A DNA stretch of 63,072 nucleotides, the filler included, from Chiloscyllium plagiosum (taxonomy: Eukaryota), in assembly GCF_004010195.1 (NCBI RefSeq). It is 3 parts of one record of this genome, joined end to end, with 100 filler letters (N's around TTAATTAATTAA, not from the genome) between each part and the next. Parts side by side here need not be neighbours in the genome. Positions count along the whole stretch, not along the records: positions 1 to 22,598 come from NC_057711.1; 2 more parts are not named here. One strand, written 5' to 3'. Numbering within the stretch: the stretch's first letter is position 1; every line of letters starts with the position of its first letter. Below the pieces are notes generated by a model, which worked only from the letters and a program-made list of their open reading frames with translations, had not been told where the DNA came from and ran no database searches. This document shows positions 1 to 12,109 of the stretch, piece by piece. A program made the translations under genes and the position numbers.

Positions 1-285
1 ACTTTTTCCCCGGGTACAACAGAGTGTTACAAGGGGACATAAATTTAAGGTGAAGGGTGGAAGGTATAGGGGGGATGCCAGGAGTAGGTTCTTTACCCAG
101 AGAGTGGTGGGGGCATGGAATGCGCTGCCTGTGGGAGTGGCAGAGTCAGAATCATTGGTGACCTTTAAGTGGCAATTGGATAGGTACATGGATAGGTGCT
201 TAAGCTAGGACAAATGTTCGGCACAACATTTTGGACGGAAGGGCCTGTTCTGTGCTGTATTGTTCTATGTTCTATTGTCTATGTC
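1..285 (+). mobile_element. CR1-clade LINE 3' end (ORF2 C-terminus, 3' UTR and (GTTCTAT)-type tail), cut by window edge
   Basis: Encodes ..GHKFKVKGGRYRG..FFTQRVVGAWNALP.., typical of the CR1 ORF2 end; near-identical in reverse complement to 21780-22050. Confidence 0.9.
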
Positions 286-437
286 TCTTAACAGTGTCTT
301 GTGTTCTCACAGCTTTGTGCTTAAGCTAGGACAAATGTTCGGCACAACATTTTGGACGGAAGGGCCTGTTCTGTGCTGTATTGTTCTATGTTCTATTGTC
401 TATGTCTCTTAACAGTGTCTTGTGTTCTCACAGCTTT
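196..437. repeat. Perfect 121-bp tandem duplication (196-316 / 317-437)
   Basis: Both copies read GTGCTTAAGCTAGGAC...TCACAGCTTT; they span the LINE tail plus flanking DNA. Confidence 0.95.
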
Positions 438-439
438 CA

Positions 440-2800
440 TCCCACCAAACGTTGTGACATCAGCAAATGTTATTGCCAGTCTTTTCATCATTAATATAGA
501 TCGCAAATACTTACTGTCTTAGCAGTAGATTGCTGGAATCAGTACTATAGATTGTCAACTTGAAAACGTATCCTTCATACTGCTCCTTTACTTCCTGTCC
601 ATTGGCTAATTCTCTATGCATTACTTCCTAGTTCATGAGCACTTACTCTGCAGTCAACTTGTTGAGTGACACCTTATTGAATGACCTTTGGAAACGATGT
701 ATGTTATGTCTGTTGCCTCCATTTTATGAAGCCTATTTCTTATATTCTCAACTTTTAATAATTTTGTCAAACATTATTTATGTTTTGTAATACCATTTAC
801 TTTCTTTCGCATTTCGTTAAAAATTATTAAACAATCTATTTCAATATTTCCTGAATAATTGGCATGAGGACAACTAGCTGTATTTGTCTGTTTTCTGTCA
901 CCCTCTTGAATAATGTTATTTCTTTCCCAACTTCAAATACACTGAAACCCTGTTCAAAAATTGACTTTTTATATAGCAGCAAAAACTCTTACAATCTGTA
1001 TTTATATTCCTGGCTAATTTATTCTTTCTATTTTGATTAACTTTGTCCGTACTCTTTCATTTTGAAATGTCAGGCTTACAACGATTCCTCCCTACTCTAT
1101 TCGCCTCCTTTAATCCAATGCTGTGTCAGAAAACTTTGAGAGCATTTTAGAAACTCATCTAATAGACTACACTTGCCAATTTGATTTGTTTGGTCTATGT
1201 GAGGGTTAATATCTGCCACGGTAATCACAATGGAGCTTGTAACAAAGGCAATTCTCCGCTAAATATGAAGTTTACAAACTCCAAGCACAGTAGTTTTTTT
1301 TCTGGTATGTTGAACCTCGACCTTTTCTTACTATTGCCATATTACCTTATACCATCCTTTACTTTCAGGGCTGCTGCTCTTTTTTTCCATTCTGGAAATA
1401 TTTAGTTTCCAGTCTCGGTCATCTTGTAGTCATGTCTTTGGCACGGTGACTAGAACTAAACCATTCACCAATACAGTGAAAATAGTTTAACTATCATATG
1501 CCAGAAGCTTTGTGCATTTAAATGAAAAAGCATTTAACCTTTACTGATTAGTAATCTTATCACAGACTTCATTGTTTAATACCCAATTCATGTTAAACAT
1601 TCTGTGACTTCCTGTTCCATTTTGCTTGTCTTTACCTGGGTTGCAGTACTACTCTATTGCCTCAACATTGTTTCTCTACAGACTTGCAAATTACACTTTA
1701 GCCAACTGCTTTCCCTCCTCGTTTTAGTTGAAAATCCTCTTTCATCCTCATTTTCCGATACATCAATCCACTGATCCCAGCTGGTTTAGATGAAACTTAT
1801 CCCAATGGAACAGTTTTTCATTTCCCAATGAATCAAAACTTGCTTCCAAACCAGTTTTTGAACCACATTTTGAGCTCTCTAATCTGATTGACACTAAGTT
1901 ACTTGAGTTAGATCCAAAGAATATTACCTTTTAAATTTCTATGTTTTAAGGTACACAATGAATCTTTGGTCTCTCTCTCTCTCAGCAGAATATCATTTTT
2001 AATTCTATGTCTTTGTTTTCCAGTGGAATCACGGCGGCGTTTGGATGGGTATATGAATAGGAACGGTTTGGAGGGATATGGGCCGGGTGCTGGCAGGTGG
2101 GACTAGATTGGGTTGGGATTTCTGGTCAGCATGGACGGGTTGGACCGAAGGGTCTGTTTCCATGCTGTACAACTCTGATTCTATGACAGCAGTGAAATCC
2201 ACTCCCTCCTAGCACAAGTTCATCTCCAGCTCTATGGAGTAACCTTAACCCAATCACAGGACGTCAACCCTGCTGACAGCAAGCAAACGTTGAACTAACT
2301 GGTCATGGCCTCAAGAATAGGATTCATCTTGTTTAAAGTATCTATACCTGATTACTGTCACATTCATTCCACTTAATTGACTTCCTGCGTTATGGTGCTA
2401 TGGTCATTTTGGTCACCCATTCAATTCTCACCTGCACAGTTAACAAGTATTCAATACTCATTGATTAAAATCAAGGACCATGGTAGTTCCATCACAATAT
2501 ACTGGATCTCCTTGCCTGCCAGACAACCAGTCACACCCTTCTGTTTCTGATCATTGATCAACCCGAATGTTCCAGTGAACCTGTGGGGTGTGACTGCATT
2601 CTGCATTAAAGTATCCTGATATCTCCCTGATGCCCCACAATGTCTGCAACTCAGATTCCAAATCAGTAACTCTGAGGTAAGTTGCTCAGGTTGCAGACAC
2701 CTAACCAGAAATAGGGTTGTTCCGGATTGTAATGCAATACAAAAACTCCCACATGTTCCCGTTATGTGACTTGCTTTTCCATGGCTATCTTAGCTTATGT
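440..2800 (-). mobile_element. Old, heavily decayed CR1-type LINE body
   Basis: Patchy resemblance to antisense CR1 ORF2/ORF1 sequence (e.g. CTTATTGAATGACCTTTGGAAA); no open frame left. Confidence 0.5.
2037..2188 (+). mobile_element. HER1/CR1 LINE 3' tail fragment
   Basis: GGATATGGGCCGGGTGCTGGCAGGTGGGACTAG...GGGTCTGTTTCCATGCTGTAC...TCTATGAC, the same tail as 39800-39958 and 41527-41700. Confidence 0.88.
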
Positions 2801-3969
2801 ATTTGATTAATTATTAGCCATTTAGTAATTTGGTTTCTAAAGTAAAGAAACTGCAACGCTAGTGATTAGACACAATGGAAAATGCTCGGTAGAAACTGGA
2901 AGTAAAATAAATTTAATTAAAAGTGGTCCCACATTCCCCTCTCACATCATGATTCATGGTGCTAAATAACCAGCATGGCTCTTTGTTTATGATGCATTCA
3001 GTTGTCTAATCTCTCTTTACTGTACACTCTAGAGCCCGATTGCTGGCAGCTCCCCAAAAAACACAGAAAATCACTCAGTTATGACCTGCCCATAAAATGG
3101 AAGACAATTTCAACTCAAGAATCTGCCTACCAAGATAATGGAAAAATCCATATGAGTCAAAGCTTCCACTTGCTTTGGGATGAAATGTATATTCTGCCTC
3201 CATCAGGGCATGTTCAAATAACGTCTATCCATAGAACTGAGGTGGTGGTTGGCTAAACTAACATTAATGGATCTGAAGTTAATGCAAGGCTTCTAAGCTA
3301 GTTGACTTGGGTAAAACTGTAAAGGTTAGGAACACAACATGAATTACTATCCCACTGCTTTTACAATCAGGGCCAGAGTGCCATTTGAGTCAGTAGTTTT
3401 CAGAATCATCTGGAGCTAATTTTGAGGATGCACAGTTCTCAATATGATGTTCCCTTCTCAGATTTTTTTGTTTTTGTGGAGGCTTTTGGGTGAGCCTTTA
3501 GCAGTATCCTGGTACTTGAAAAGGAAGACCAAATGATATTGTGCATGCACTTCACAAATACGTGGCACTATTTCTTTCCTTTAAAAACATTGTTCTCAAT
3601 GTACACAGGTCAGTCTTGAGGTGGACTTCTAGTTTTGATTGTACTGGAGAGAGTTTCTTGCTTGTTCGCCTTTACCACTTTAATTTCATCTGATAGTTAG
3701 AACTCAAGGAATAAAACAGAAATGTTAATGGCTGTACGCTTTTTTGTCTTCTGCTCTCGTTTTGAAGAAATTGAGTAATCCTATCCTGCACATCATGTTT
3801 CTTTTTGATGGTATACTCAAACTAGGAATATGTTGAAAATTTACTAATATGCCTGAAAACCATCTTACTTCTCTTTGAGTTCAAAAGAACTAACCCATAC
3901 CTCAGCAGTCACCTTGTTTTGAAATCACTTTTCAATATTTTCTGTCTATTTGTTTTTTTTCAATGCTTT

Positions 3970-4505
3970 TTAAAAAATTTAGCCAATTTTCTAATATGTT
4001 ATTATGCACCCCTGGAGCAGGTGGGACTTGAACCCAGGTCTCCCTGTCCCTGGTAAGGATACTATTACTGCATCACAAGAGGGCTCCTTTCAATTTTTTT
4101 TAATTTAACCTTATTTTCTTTTCAGAGATATTATTACACACCTCTGGAGCAGGTGGAACTTGAACATAAGTGTGTTGGTCCATGGGTAAGGAGAGTACCA
4201 CTGAACCATAACAGGACCTCATCAACTTCCTCTTTTTTATTTAACCTATTTTTCTCATCAACCTGTTTGGAAATATTGTTATACACCTTTGAAGCAAGTG
4301 GGACTTGAACCCAAGCTTCATGGTTCAGAGATAGGGAGAATACCACTGCACTACAAGACCCCTTGAAAGCCCAGGATGGAACTGTATAGACGTTTTTAAG
4401 CAACTTGCTCAGACACGTTGTGACATGGACTGGGACAGGGTGGGACTTAACCCCGGTTCCTCTGAGGTAGGGTCACTACCACTGCACCACAAGAGGGCCC
4501 TTTAA
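3970..4505 (-). repeat. Four tandem diverged copies (~130-145 bp) of a short tRNA-derived SINE-like unit
   Basis: GTGGGACTTGAACC-like motif recurs near 4021, 4153, 4298 and 4440; the reverse complement gives a B-box-like GGTTCAAGTCC preceded by an A-box-like TGGTGCAGTGG. Confidence 0.8.
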
Positions 4506-5459
4506 CCTACTCTTAAGAACAGAGTACAATGTCTCACAGCTGAGAATAATGGCAAAGGGAACTGCATCACAGCTTGTTTGCTTGCATCTTTAATTGGATG
4601 TAATTTTAAGTCAAATGTTTGGTTACATTTTTGAGTGTCGTTTTTGGTGGAAGGGATAAATGTTTCATTAAAATCTGTTCAGATCTACAAAGTTTTGACA
4701 AAGCATTCAGTGCAGGATTAGTGCAGAGGAACAGTGGCCAAAGGTTCTAATTTACTCCTGCAAGGTGAAAGAAGACAGTTTCCGACAGTGGCTGTCTTTT
4801 AACATAAATCTCAACAAAAAAAAACACATCTTGACCTGGGATTAGTTGTCACCCAGATGAATCAGATGATGAGTTTAGATCAGATTGTATCTGATTAATC
4901 TTCTCGTAAAATTATGGGCCAAAAGAAATCTTCCCTGAGGCAGTTGCTAATGAATCAGTATTAATTTATGGGTGAAAATGGAAATCCTTATTATAGCTGA
5001 CAAACCATAGCCCAAGGTAAGCATTGAGTCTCTCCAGAATGACCTAAATAAATTCCATTTTTCCACCGAATTTTCTGTTATGAGAAGAAAAAGCCAAAGG
5101 TCAGCTGCCCCTACAAGGATACAGAATTAACTTGGAGAGAACCTCTGTGTATATGCAGTGAAATGAATTCAAACTGAAGTGATTAAGTGTAGACAAACCT
5201 CATTAGTACATTCTCTGTGAAACCAGTCGGAAATGCTTTCTCAATCAAAGAACGAGCAGCCCCTTCTGTGACAGCTTAGTTCTATGCTATTTCCATGCAG
5301 GGGTGATTTCATATTCTTCTGAGGATCTGGGAGGAGAGGGCATGAACACTGAATGAAAATTTAGAAGAGCAAGCTATAGAATGAAAGGACTGTGAGCGAT
5401 TCGGGGCTGCTGAGATCTGCATCTCATATGGTTTCTGCTTGTCACAAATGTGACAGCAC

Positions 5460-5793
5460 ACCGATCATTGAGTGAGAAGATGATGGGTGTGAACCCCATT
5501 CCAGAGAGGAAAGTATATATGTCAGGCAGGCACTCCAACGCTGTTTTGAGAAGATCCAGATGAAATCCTGAACTGAAGCTCATTTAACCTTTAAGTAATC
5601 CCATGGGGTAGTTCTTTTAAAAAGGGCAAGAAAGCTCCCCAGTTTCCTTGCTACTAAAACAAATGATCCTGGACCTTGCTGTCTGAAAATTAGCTAGAGA
5701 CAAAAAACAGTGCTGATGCTGGAATTGATTACTGACTTTTGGGATATCCTGAAACCCTGAAAGGTGCCAGATGAGTTAGTGTTTTCTTTCTTT
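5460..5793 (+). mobile_element. Degenerate DeuSINE (SacSINE1-like)
   Basis: Ordered motifs CCCATTCCAGAGA..ATCCCATGG..ACTAAAACA..TTTGGGATATCCTGA..TGAAAGGTGC..TCTTTCTTT, recalled from shark DeuSINEs. Confidence 0.6.
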
Positions 5794-6154
5794 GCGATGC
5801 AATTATTGAAATACATTTTCCAAAATTAAGGTCTTCAAATTGTGCCGAATGTAAAATTTCACATTGTAAAGTTGCAAATAGTGTTAACATAGAGCTGTTG
5901 AAGTCAATCCTTCAGCAAGTCAGTGAATCTCCAGTGTAAGTGCTGGTCATGATCAATTATTAGCTATCTCGGATTATGGTATTGGTGTTAGTTGGTGCAG
6001 TCTCAGATGAGTCCAATTCTGAGCAAAGCGATGAATTTTGAGTTCCCTTTTTGTCTGCTTACAATGTGCTAATAAAGTGGTCCAAGAATAACAGCTGCAC
6101 ACATTAACAAACAAAATATTACAGGTCAACTCAAGTCTATAATGAAAACCATAT

Positions 6155-6280
6155 ACTGCAATGCTAAAGATCTGAAATAAAAATTAATGAACATATGAGA
6201 TACTCAGCAGGATCGGCAGCATCTGTAAGGGGAAAGATAGTTCATATTTCAGGGCAGTGATCTTCCATCAGAACTGAGAA
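6155..6280 (-). mobile_element. Decayed Penelope-derived 3' terminal fragment
   Basis: TACTCAGCAGGATCGGCAGCATCTGT..TTTCAGG..CTTCCATCAGAAC, similar to 23845-23970 and 13833-14025. Confidence 0.6.
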
Positions 6281-8069
6281 ACCAACTTTTGACCAGATGA
6301 AGCTGGTGGTATTGGGATGTGGGGAGATTTGTAGGCCTGATCAAAACACAGGGAGTGACATCGAGTAACATAAGGAAGCAAAGATGTGTCCAGTTGAAAC
6401 ATGGAAGGCTGGATAGTATCTGTTAAATGCAAAGTAAGGCAACAATGAAAAACAAATGAGCAAAACATAAGTTGTTCATCCGCAGCGAGTTGCAAATTGA
6501 AGTGGATTATTGCTTATTTAATACTTTGTGGTTGGCTCAACTGGGCAGATTAGTATTCTGATTTTTATCTGACCAAGCAAGCTGAGCAAGCTAGACATTG
6601 TGAAGACTTAACATGAAAATTAGAGCAGGCACTTGGCGAGTTCAGGTCACCATTTGCTCTGAAGGACCTTAATGGTGCACATGACCAAATAACATCCCAT
6701 GCACTGGCATCAATCACACACATCCCTTATCTAGACATTGGCATCTGGCAGCTCCTCATGACCATCCTAACATGTTTCTGATAAACTGGCAGTGCAACTT
6801 AGCAGTGTAGACTTGCAACTATTGTTGACAGTCTGTTGTGGAGATACTTATTATGCATTCTAGGCACCCAGCTCATGATGGGACCAAGTTCCTTTTCAGA
6901 GCTGGTCGCTTGGTCTCAGCATGGTTTGCTCACTTTAGTACCTTATTGCATGCTCACAGCATCCCTGCCTTTCAATGACTTGTTTTAGTCACATGACCAG
7001 GCAGTCTGCCTTGCTGGTTAGCAGGCCTCCGACAAGCACACAGATTTGTTACTGTAAGGCCATGTGCAATGTCAATCACACAACTGCAGCTTACACTGCA
7101 TGCGCAGCAAGTAGACAGGCATGTCTCAAAATCTGAGGGCTGCAGTCCTTAACAAAGACCATACAGCCATTGGTCTGTAAGGCAAAGACAGCCTCCGAAA
7201 ATCATTCAAGGGAATTGGCAGCAGTTATCTGTCTGGTTGGAGTGTTCTCAATCAGGACAAAATTATTCTGCAGTCTGGGCAGTGGGTCATGGTCAGTCCA
7301 TTGGCTGCTTCTGGCCAGGCTGGAGTAATGGTGACATGACCAGGGAAATGTACTGCTACTAGTGGGTGCTTCTCATCCAGGGCTGTCCAGTTAAGTTGTC
7401 AAGAGAGTATGCCACGGTCAATCTATCCATGAAAACTAAGGGAAAAGTAGGGTTGGGGGAGGAGCAAGGGGGCTGTTACTGCATGAAGGAGACAAAGGAA
7501 GTTATCCTTCAGGACTGGGGTCTGCAGGCTGGAAGAAAAGAGATGATAATTGTGATGGGAGCATTAGCATCTGCAAAGTGTGGAAACCTAGAGAATTAAT
7601 TTCACCATTCAGTATGATCACGGCTTTTCTTCTGTCTCGAGCCACGTTCACATGATCTACCCCGTATTGACTTTAAAGGCTAAAACTTTATCGATCTCTC
7701 TGTTGAATATGTTCAATAACTTGATGACTTAGAGTTTCAGTGGTAGAGAATTTCACAAATTCTCTGCCCTTTGAGTGATGAAATCATTTCTCACCTCAGC
7801 TCTAAATGGTCCACCACATTACTCTGAGACTGTGTTTCCTGGTTCAGGACATCCCAACCAGAGAATGCATCCAGCACCCAATGTGTTAATCCCTGTTAGA
7901 ATTTTATATGTTTCAATCAGATCCACACGCATCCTTCTCAAATCTAGTGTGTACAGACTCAGTCAAACCAATTTTTCCTTGATTCGGAGATGCCGGTGTT
8001 GGACTGGGGTGTACAAAGTTAAAAATCTCACAACACCAGGTTATAGTCCAACAGGTTTAATTGGAAGCA

Positions 8070-8104
8070 CACTAGCTTTCGGAGCGTTGCTCCTTCATCA
8101 GGTG
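8070..8104 (-). ncRNA. Minimal hammerhead ribozyme motif, intact core
   Basis: Minus strand reads CAC-CUGAUGA-A-GGAGC-AAC-GCUCC-GAA-AGCU-A-GUG: stem I CAC/GUG, 5-bp stem II, palindrome AGCU, CUA cleavage triplet. Confidence 0.75.
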
Positions 8105-8113
8105 ATGAAGGAT

Positions 8114-8148
8114 CACCTGATGAAGGAGCGTCGCTCCGAAAGCTAATG
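8114..8148 (+). ncRNA. Minimal hammerhead ribozyme motif (second arm; stem I mismatch)
   Basis: CAC-CUGAUGA-A-GGAGC-GUC-GCUCC-GAA-AGCU-A-AUG. Confidence 0.65.
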
Positions 8149-8236
8149 TGCTTCCAATTAAACCTGTTGGACTTTAACCTAGTGTTGTGATTTTCAACTT
8201 TTCCTTGCAGGACAATCCTGCCATCCCTGGTATCAG

Positions 8237-8575
8237 GGGACATGGTGGCACAGTTTTTAGCACTGCTGCCTCAGAGCACCAAGGACCTGGGTTCAATTCC
8301 AGCCTTAGGCGATTTTCTGTGTGGAGTTTGCTTGTTCTCCCTATGTCTGTGTGGGTTTCCTCTGGGTGCTCCAGTTCCCTCCCACACTCAAAGATGTGCA
8401 GGTTTGGTAGATTGACCATGATAAATTGCCCCTTATTGTTCAGGTATTTACAGGCTAGATGGATTAACTATGATAAATGTGGCATTACAAGGATAGGGTG
8501 GGATGCTTTTCATAGGACCAATGCAGACTCGATGGACTGTTTGGCTTCTGTCTGCACTGTAGGGGTTCTATGATT
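8237..8575 (+). mobile_element. HE1-type V-SINE
   Basis: tRNA-like head (TTAGCACTGCTGCCTCA..GGTTCAATTCC), V core (TGTGTGGAGTTTGC..TCTCCCTATGTCTGTGTGGGTTTCCTCTGGGTGCTCC) and LINE-like tail. Confidence 0.88.
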
Positions 8576-8714
8576 TTAAGTATCATCCAGTCCTCTGCTT
8601 CACTCTCACTATGCCAAATGTATTATTTCTTAGGTCGGGAGATCAAAACTGCACACAATACTCCACCTGTAGCCTCATCAAAGGCTTTTTCTAACCATTT
8701 ACTGTGATTCTTTT

Positions 8715-8900
8715 TTTATTTATGTGCACTTGTGGGACATGGATGTTGCTAGCTGGCCAGCATTTTTATTGTCTGTCCCTAGTTTCATTGAAAAGCTGAT
8801 GGTGAGCTGCCTTCTTGAACCACTTCAGTCTACTTGCTGTAGGTTGACCCACCTCTCTGTAGGAAAGAATTCCAGGATTTTAACCCAGTGATAACAAAGG
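8715..8900 (-). mobile_element. 3' end of a second CR1/L2-like LINE family
   Basis: GGTGAGCTGCCTTCTTGAACCAC..GAATTCCAGGATTTTAACCCAG, also seen at 13325-13467, 14340-14545 and 20620-20800. Confidence 0.7.
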
Positions 8901-9009
8901 AATGGGACCAGTTATTTGACCTGCCATACATCTTTGCTTTCTCAGCTTTGATGCTTTCCTTAATGTTTTTAGTTGACCACCAATGCCAGATCCTCATAGT
9001 AGGATCTAT

Positions 9010-9280
9010 GGGCAAGCACAGTAGCTCAGTGGTTAGCCCTGCAGCCTCACAAAGCCAGGTGTCCGGGTTCAATCCCAGCCTCGAGCAAGTGTCTCTGTGG
9101 GTTTTCTCTGGGTGCTCCAGTTTCCTCGCACATTCCAAAGATGTGCAGGTTAGGTGAATTGGCCATATGTTCAGGGATGTGTCGGTTCGGGGTAAAAATA
9201 AAGTAATGGGTTTGGGTGGGATACTCTTTGGAGGGTTGGTGTGGACCCGTAGGGCCTGTTTCCATGCTGCAGGGATTCTA
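9010..9280 (+). mobile_element. HE1-type V-SINE with internal deletions
   Basis: GGCAAGCACAGTAGCTCAGTGGTTAG..CCAAAGATGTGCAGGTTAGGTGAATTGGCCAT..GGGCCTGTTTCCATGCTGCAGGGATTCTA. Confidence 0.88.
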
Positions 9281-12109
9281 AAAATTTAAAGGAGTATATT
9301 CTGACAGTTCTGAAAAATCGTCTTAATCATCTACCGCATCTCTATTGATGTATCCTTTAACCAATGTGTCAGTTTACTCAGAAAGCCCTGTTTTAATTTC
9401 CACATAATGGCCCTTACTAAGATTTAAAATACAAGTTTGAGACACAATCTTCTCCCTTTCAAACTGGATGTAAAATTCAGTCTGCAATCACTAGCTACAG
9501 GTTCAGGCTGCAAGAAAAATGTGAAAGTGTGTGTTGCTACAGCAACTGCGACTGCTGGATGGTGGTATGCTAAGTTCACTGGAGGGCCGGTGCGGGTTCA
9601 GATTGGTGTCAGTGTCACCAGTTTCAGTCTCTGTTCCTGCTGGGCTACTTTTGAGACCTGCTTCCTTGCCCTACCAGTGATGAAGTTCACGGTACGATGG
9701 GTTGCCTTCAGGCAGAGAACTCGAGTGGCACTTGCTCAGCAATAACTCAGTCACTGATTCTCAAATTGCTAGAGAAAGAGAAATATTAAATAATATAGGA
9801 AATGTACAGGGAGTGAGCAGGAAAGTACAATTCGACTCTATATAAAGAGAAACCATGCTGAGACTTGTTGGGCTGAGCAATCTTAACATTCCACAATTAA
9901 GTTGCCTCACAGTTATTAGTGGTAATAAGATTACATAGGATTTTTTTTAAAGAAAACCTACACATTTTGATTGTTGGATGAAAGGCTGTTCTGTAGTGAG
10001 TTACCTTATAGAGAGTGAAATGTCCATTTGGTCTGAAACTATGTCCTCAGAATTTGTTCTCTTGATGTTGTTTGTGTTTTATTAAAATCATGTTAAATGG
10101 TTATGAATGTAAAAAGCACAGGTCATTTATTTTTAATGTAAATGTTTTTGTAGGTCCCAAGAGTATAGAGTTATTGAACTGCACTTCAAACAGGTTTTGG
10201 GGTCTTGGACTTAGAAGCCCAGTTTTTCTAAGACTTTGCTATTCAGGCAATAGCCTTGCGTACTTTAAATTGATGGTTCATTGTGCCACCAAATTACTGA
10301 ATGAATGGATTTATTAAAAATGAACGAAGTTACCTCTTTGATGCAGGTTGGTGAAGTAGGATGGCAGTGAGACAAGATTTCTAGGTATTTTCTTCATATT
10401 TTATGTCAATACTCACCAATAAATGTAATAAGCTGTTTAGATTTTTACTCCCCTCATGAGCCAGAGGGCACTTCTTTGTAAATTATGCTTTCCCCATCAA
10501 CCATCCTGAATCATTGATCTTTGGATGCTTTCACATTGGTTTGTTGTAACTCTGTGTCACCAGATCCTCTGGTTTTGTCCAGTCACAGAGCTAGCTGGGG
10601 GAACGAGCCCTGTTGCTGGTATTGACATCTGGGTCAAGTCCGTCTTTGTGTTGTCAGTTCACCCAGCTGCCATTTAATGATCATTGAGTCTATAACTGGC
10701 CTGAGGCAGGCATTCTCCCCTCCAATGAGAGCTTTACCTCCCAGAGGTGCTGGTGTCCTGCCGAAGCAGCAGATAAGGAACAGTGGCTGCAGCTGGAAAT
10801 ACTGAACTAACTGGAAAGCTCAAAGAGTAGAAACCATGATATTTTGGTAGATGAATTGATTGGCCCCAGCAAAAGCTGTAGGAGAGTGGGGAGGGGTTGG
10901 GAATGGAGGGTGGAGGGTTGCAGTGCGGGGATGAAATTAGGGATTGAAGGGACAGAGAGGTTGGGGGAAAATGTATTTGGTACCTAAAAAGGTAAAGAGT
11001 GTCTGACCAGGAAGCTCCACTCCTCTGAAGTCTGACTAAAAATTGCAACATCCTTTGCTGGCTGCCAAGGGAACTTGGTGCTAACCTCCGCCACCTGGGA
11101 AAATTCCCGATGGCCGTGAGAGGAGGCCCTGATGGACCCTGAATTGTTCCACAGGCAGACGTTTGTGAAAAAGTAAAATACAGATGAGTGCTAGAGGACG
11201 ATGGCATGAAGTTTCTAGATTAAGGCAGGGAGGCCAAGTCATATTTTACAGATTCAGGAGATTTTCCTGGGACTCACCTCGCCCAAGCCTTACCCTTACG
11301 GGTAACCATGTTCATAGACATTTTGAAGTAAGCACTTTCTTCAACATTTTTTCCCATTAGAGGATGAATTACACTGTACCCTAGAGAGTTAATGGTTTGG
11401 TATGCGCACATGAACACTTTAAACTGCTCATGCACATTAGTAGCCTGAATAGTGGATACAGTGCAGCTGAGTTGCAAATGTAAATCAATTTTTGGTTGGA
11501 TTATTTTGGGATGGGGCAAAATGCCACCAGCAAAGCAAAAATAGGATTTCACTCTGCAGATACCCAGAATCTAAATTTTCCTGCACATGTTCTTTCGACA
11601 GAACATGACTGATCTTTAATCAGAAAATTCAGAAAAGTTATCCTAAATTCCAAACTCAGCATGACCCTGAAATGGAACCAAACACTGTTTTGATCTGCCT
11701 TTGCTTGTTCTGAAAGGTTCATTTAATGGTGTTTAACATTAGTCCTTTTCTGTTTGAAATACAGGAATCACTCATGCTGCAATATGTGGTTGCTCTAGAT
11801 GATCAAGAGTTTGAATTTATTTATGTCTGCTAGCTCTATATGAATGCCCATAAATTGTGGTATCAATGGATTGCCAATTCCTGGATTTGAGCATCAGAGT
11901 TGCTCAGCACAAAGTCAGTGTTCCACTCGAGGAAGGTCTTCGTGTTTCAGTGCATGCTCTGAATTGCAAAGAAAGTGGAATATTTTCTATTGATGGTTCT
12001 ATTGACAAATCCCACATTTTGATTGTTTTCTTTTTTTTCTTTTGTTTTTGCATTGGTGGTTCTAATTCTGGAGTCTAAGAATCAACTTTTTATTTCTTAT
12101 TTTCTTTAA

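Larger units (their letters stand above)
7982..8198 (-). mobile_element. Penelope-derived foldback insertion: 33-nt tail plus ~90-bp inverted arms with a 5-nt loop
   Basis: Arms 8015-8106 and 8112-8201 are near-perfect reverse complements; TSD TTTTCCTTG at 7973-7981 and 8199-8207. Confidence 0.88.
7590..8700 (-). mobile_element. Old CR1 LINE 3' fragment hosting a PLE foldback and an HE1 SINE
   Basis: CACCATTCAGTATGATCACGGCT, GGTAGAGAATTTCACAAATTC and GATCAAAACTGCACACAATACTCCA (antisense LEYCVQF) flank the two insertions. Confidence 0.7.

Noticed and set aside
3970..4505. CRISPR-like repeat-spacer array
   Set aside because: Eukaryotic context, whole units are homologous and diverged, and there are no unique spacers or cas genes.
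6600..7560. Moderately GC-rich stretch that may be an old DNA transposon
   Set aside because: No terminal repeats, TSD or protein motif identifiable by eye.
11115..11145. Minus-strand GPSGPP collagen-like exon
   Set aside because: Only two triplets, no polypyrimidine tract and no donor.
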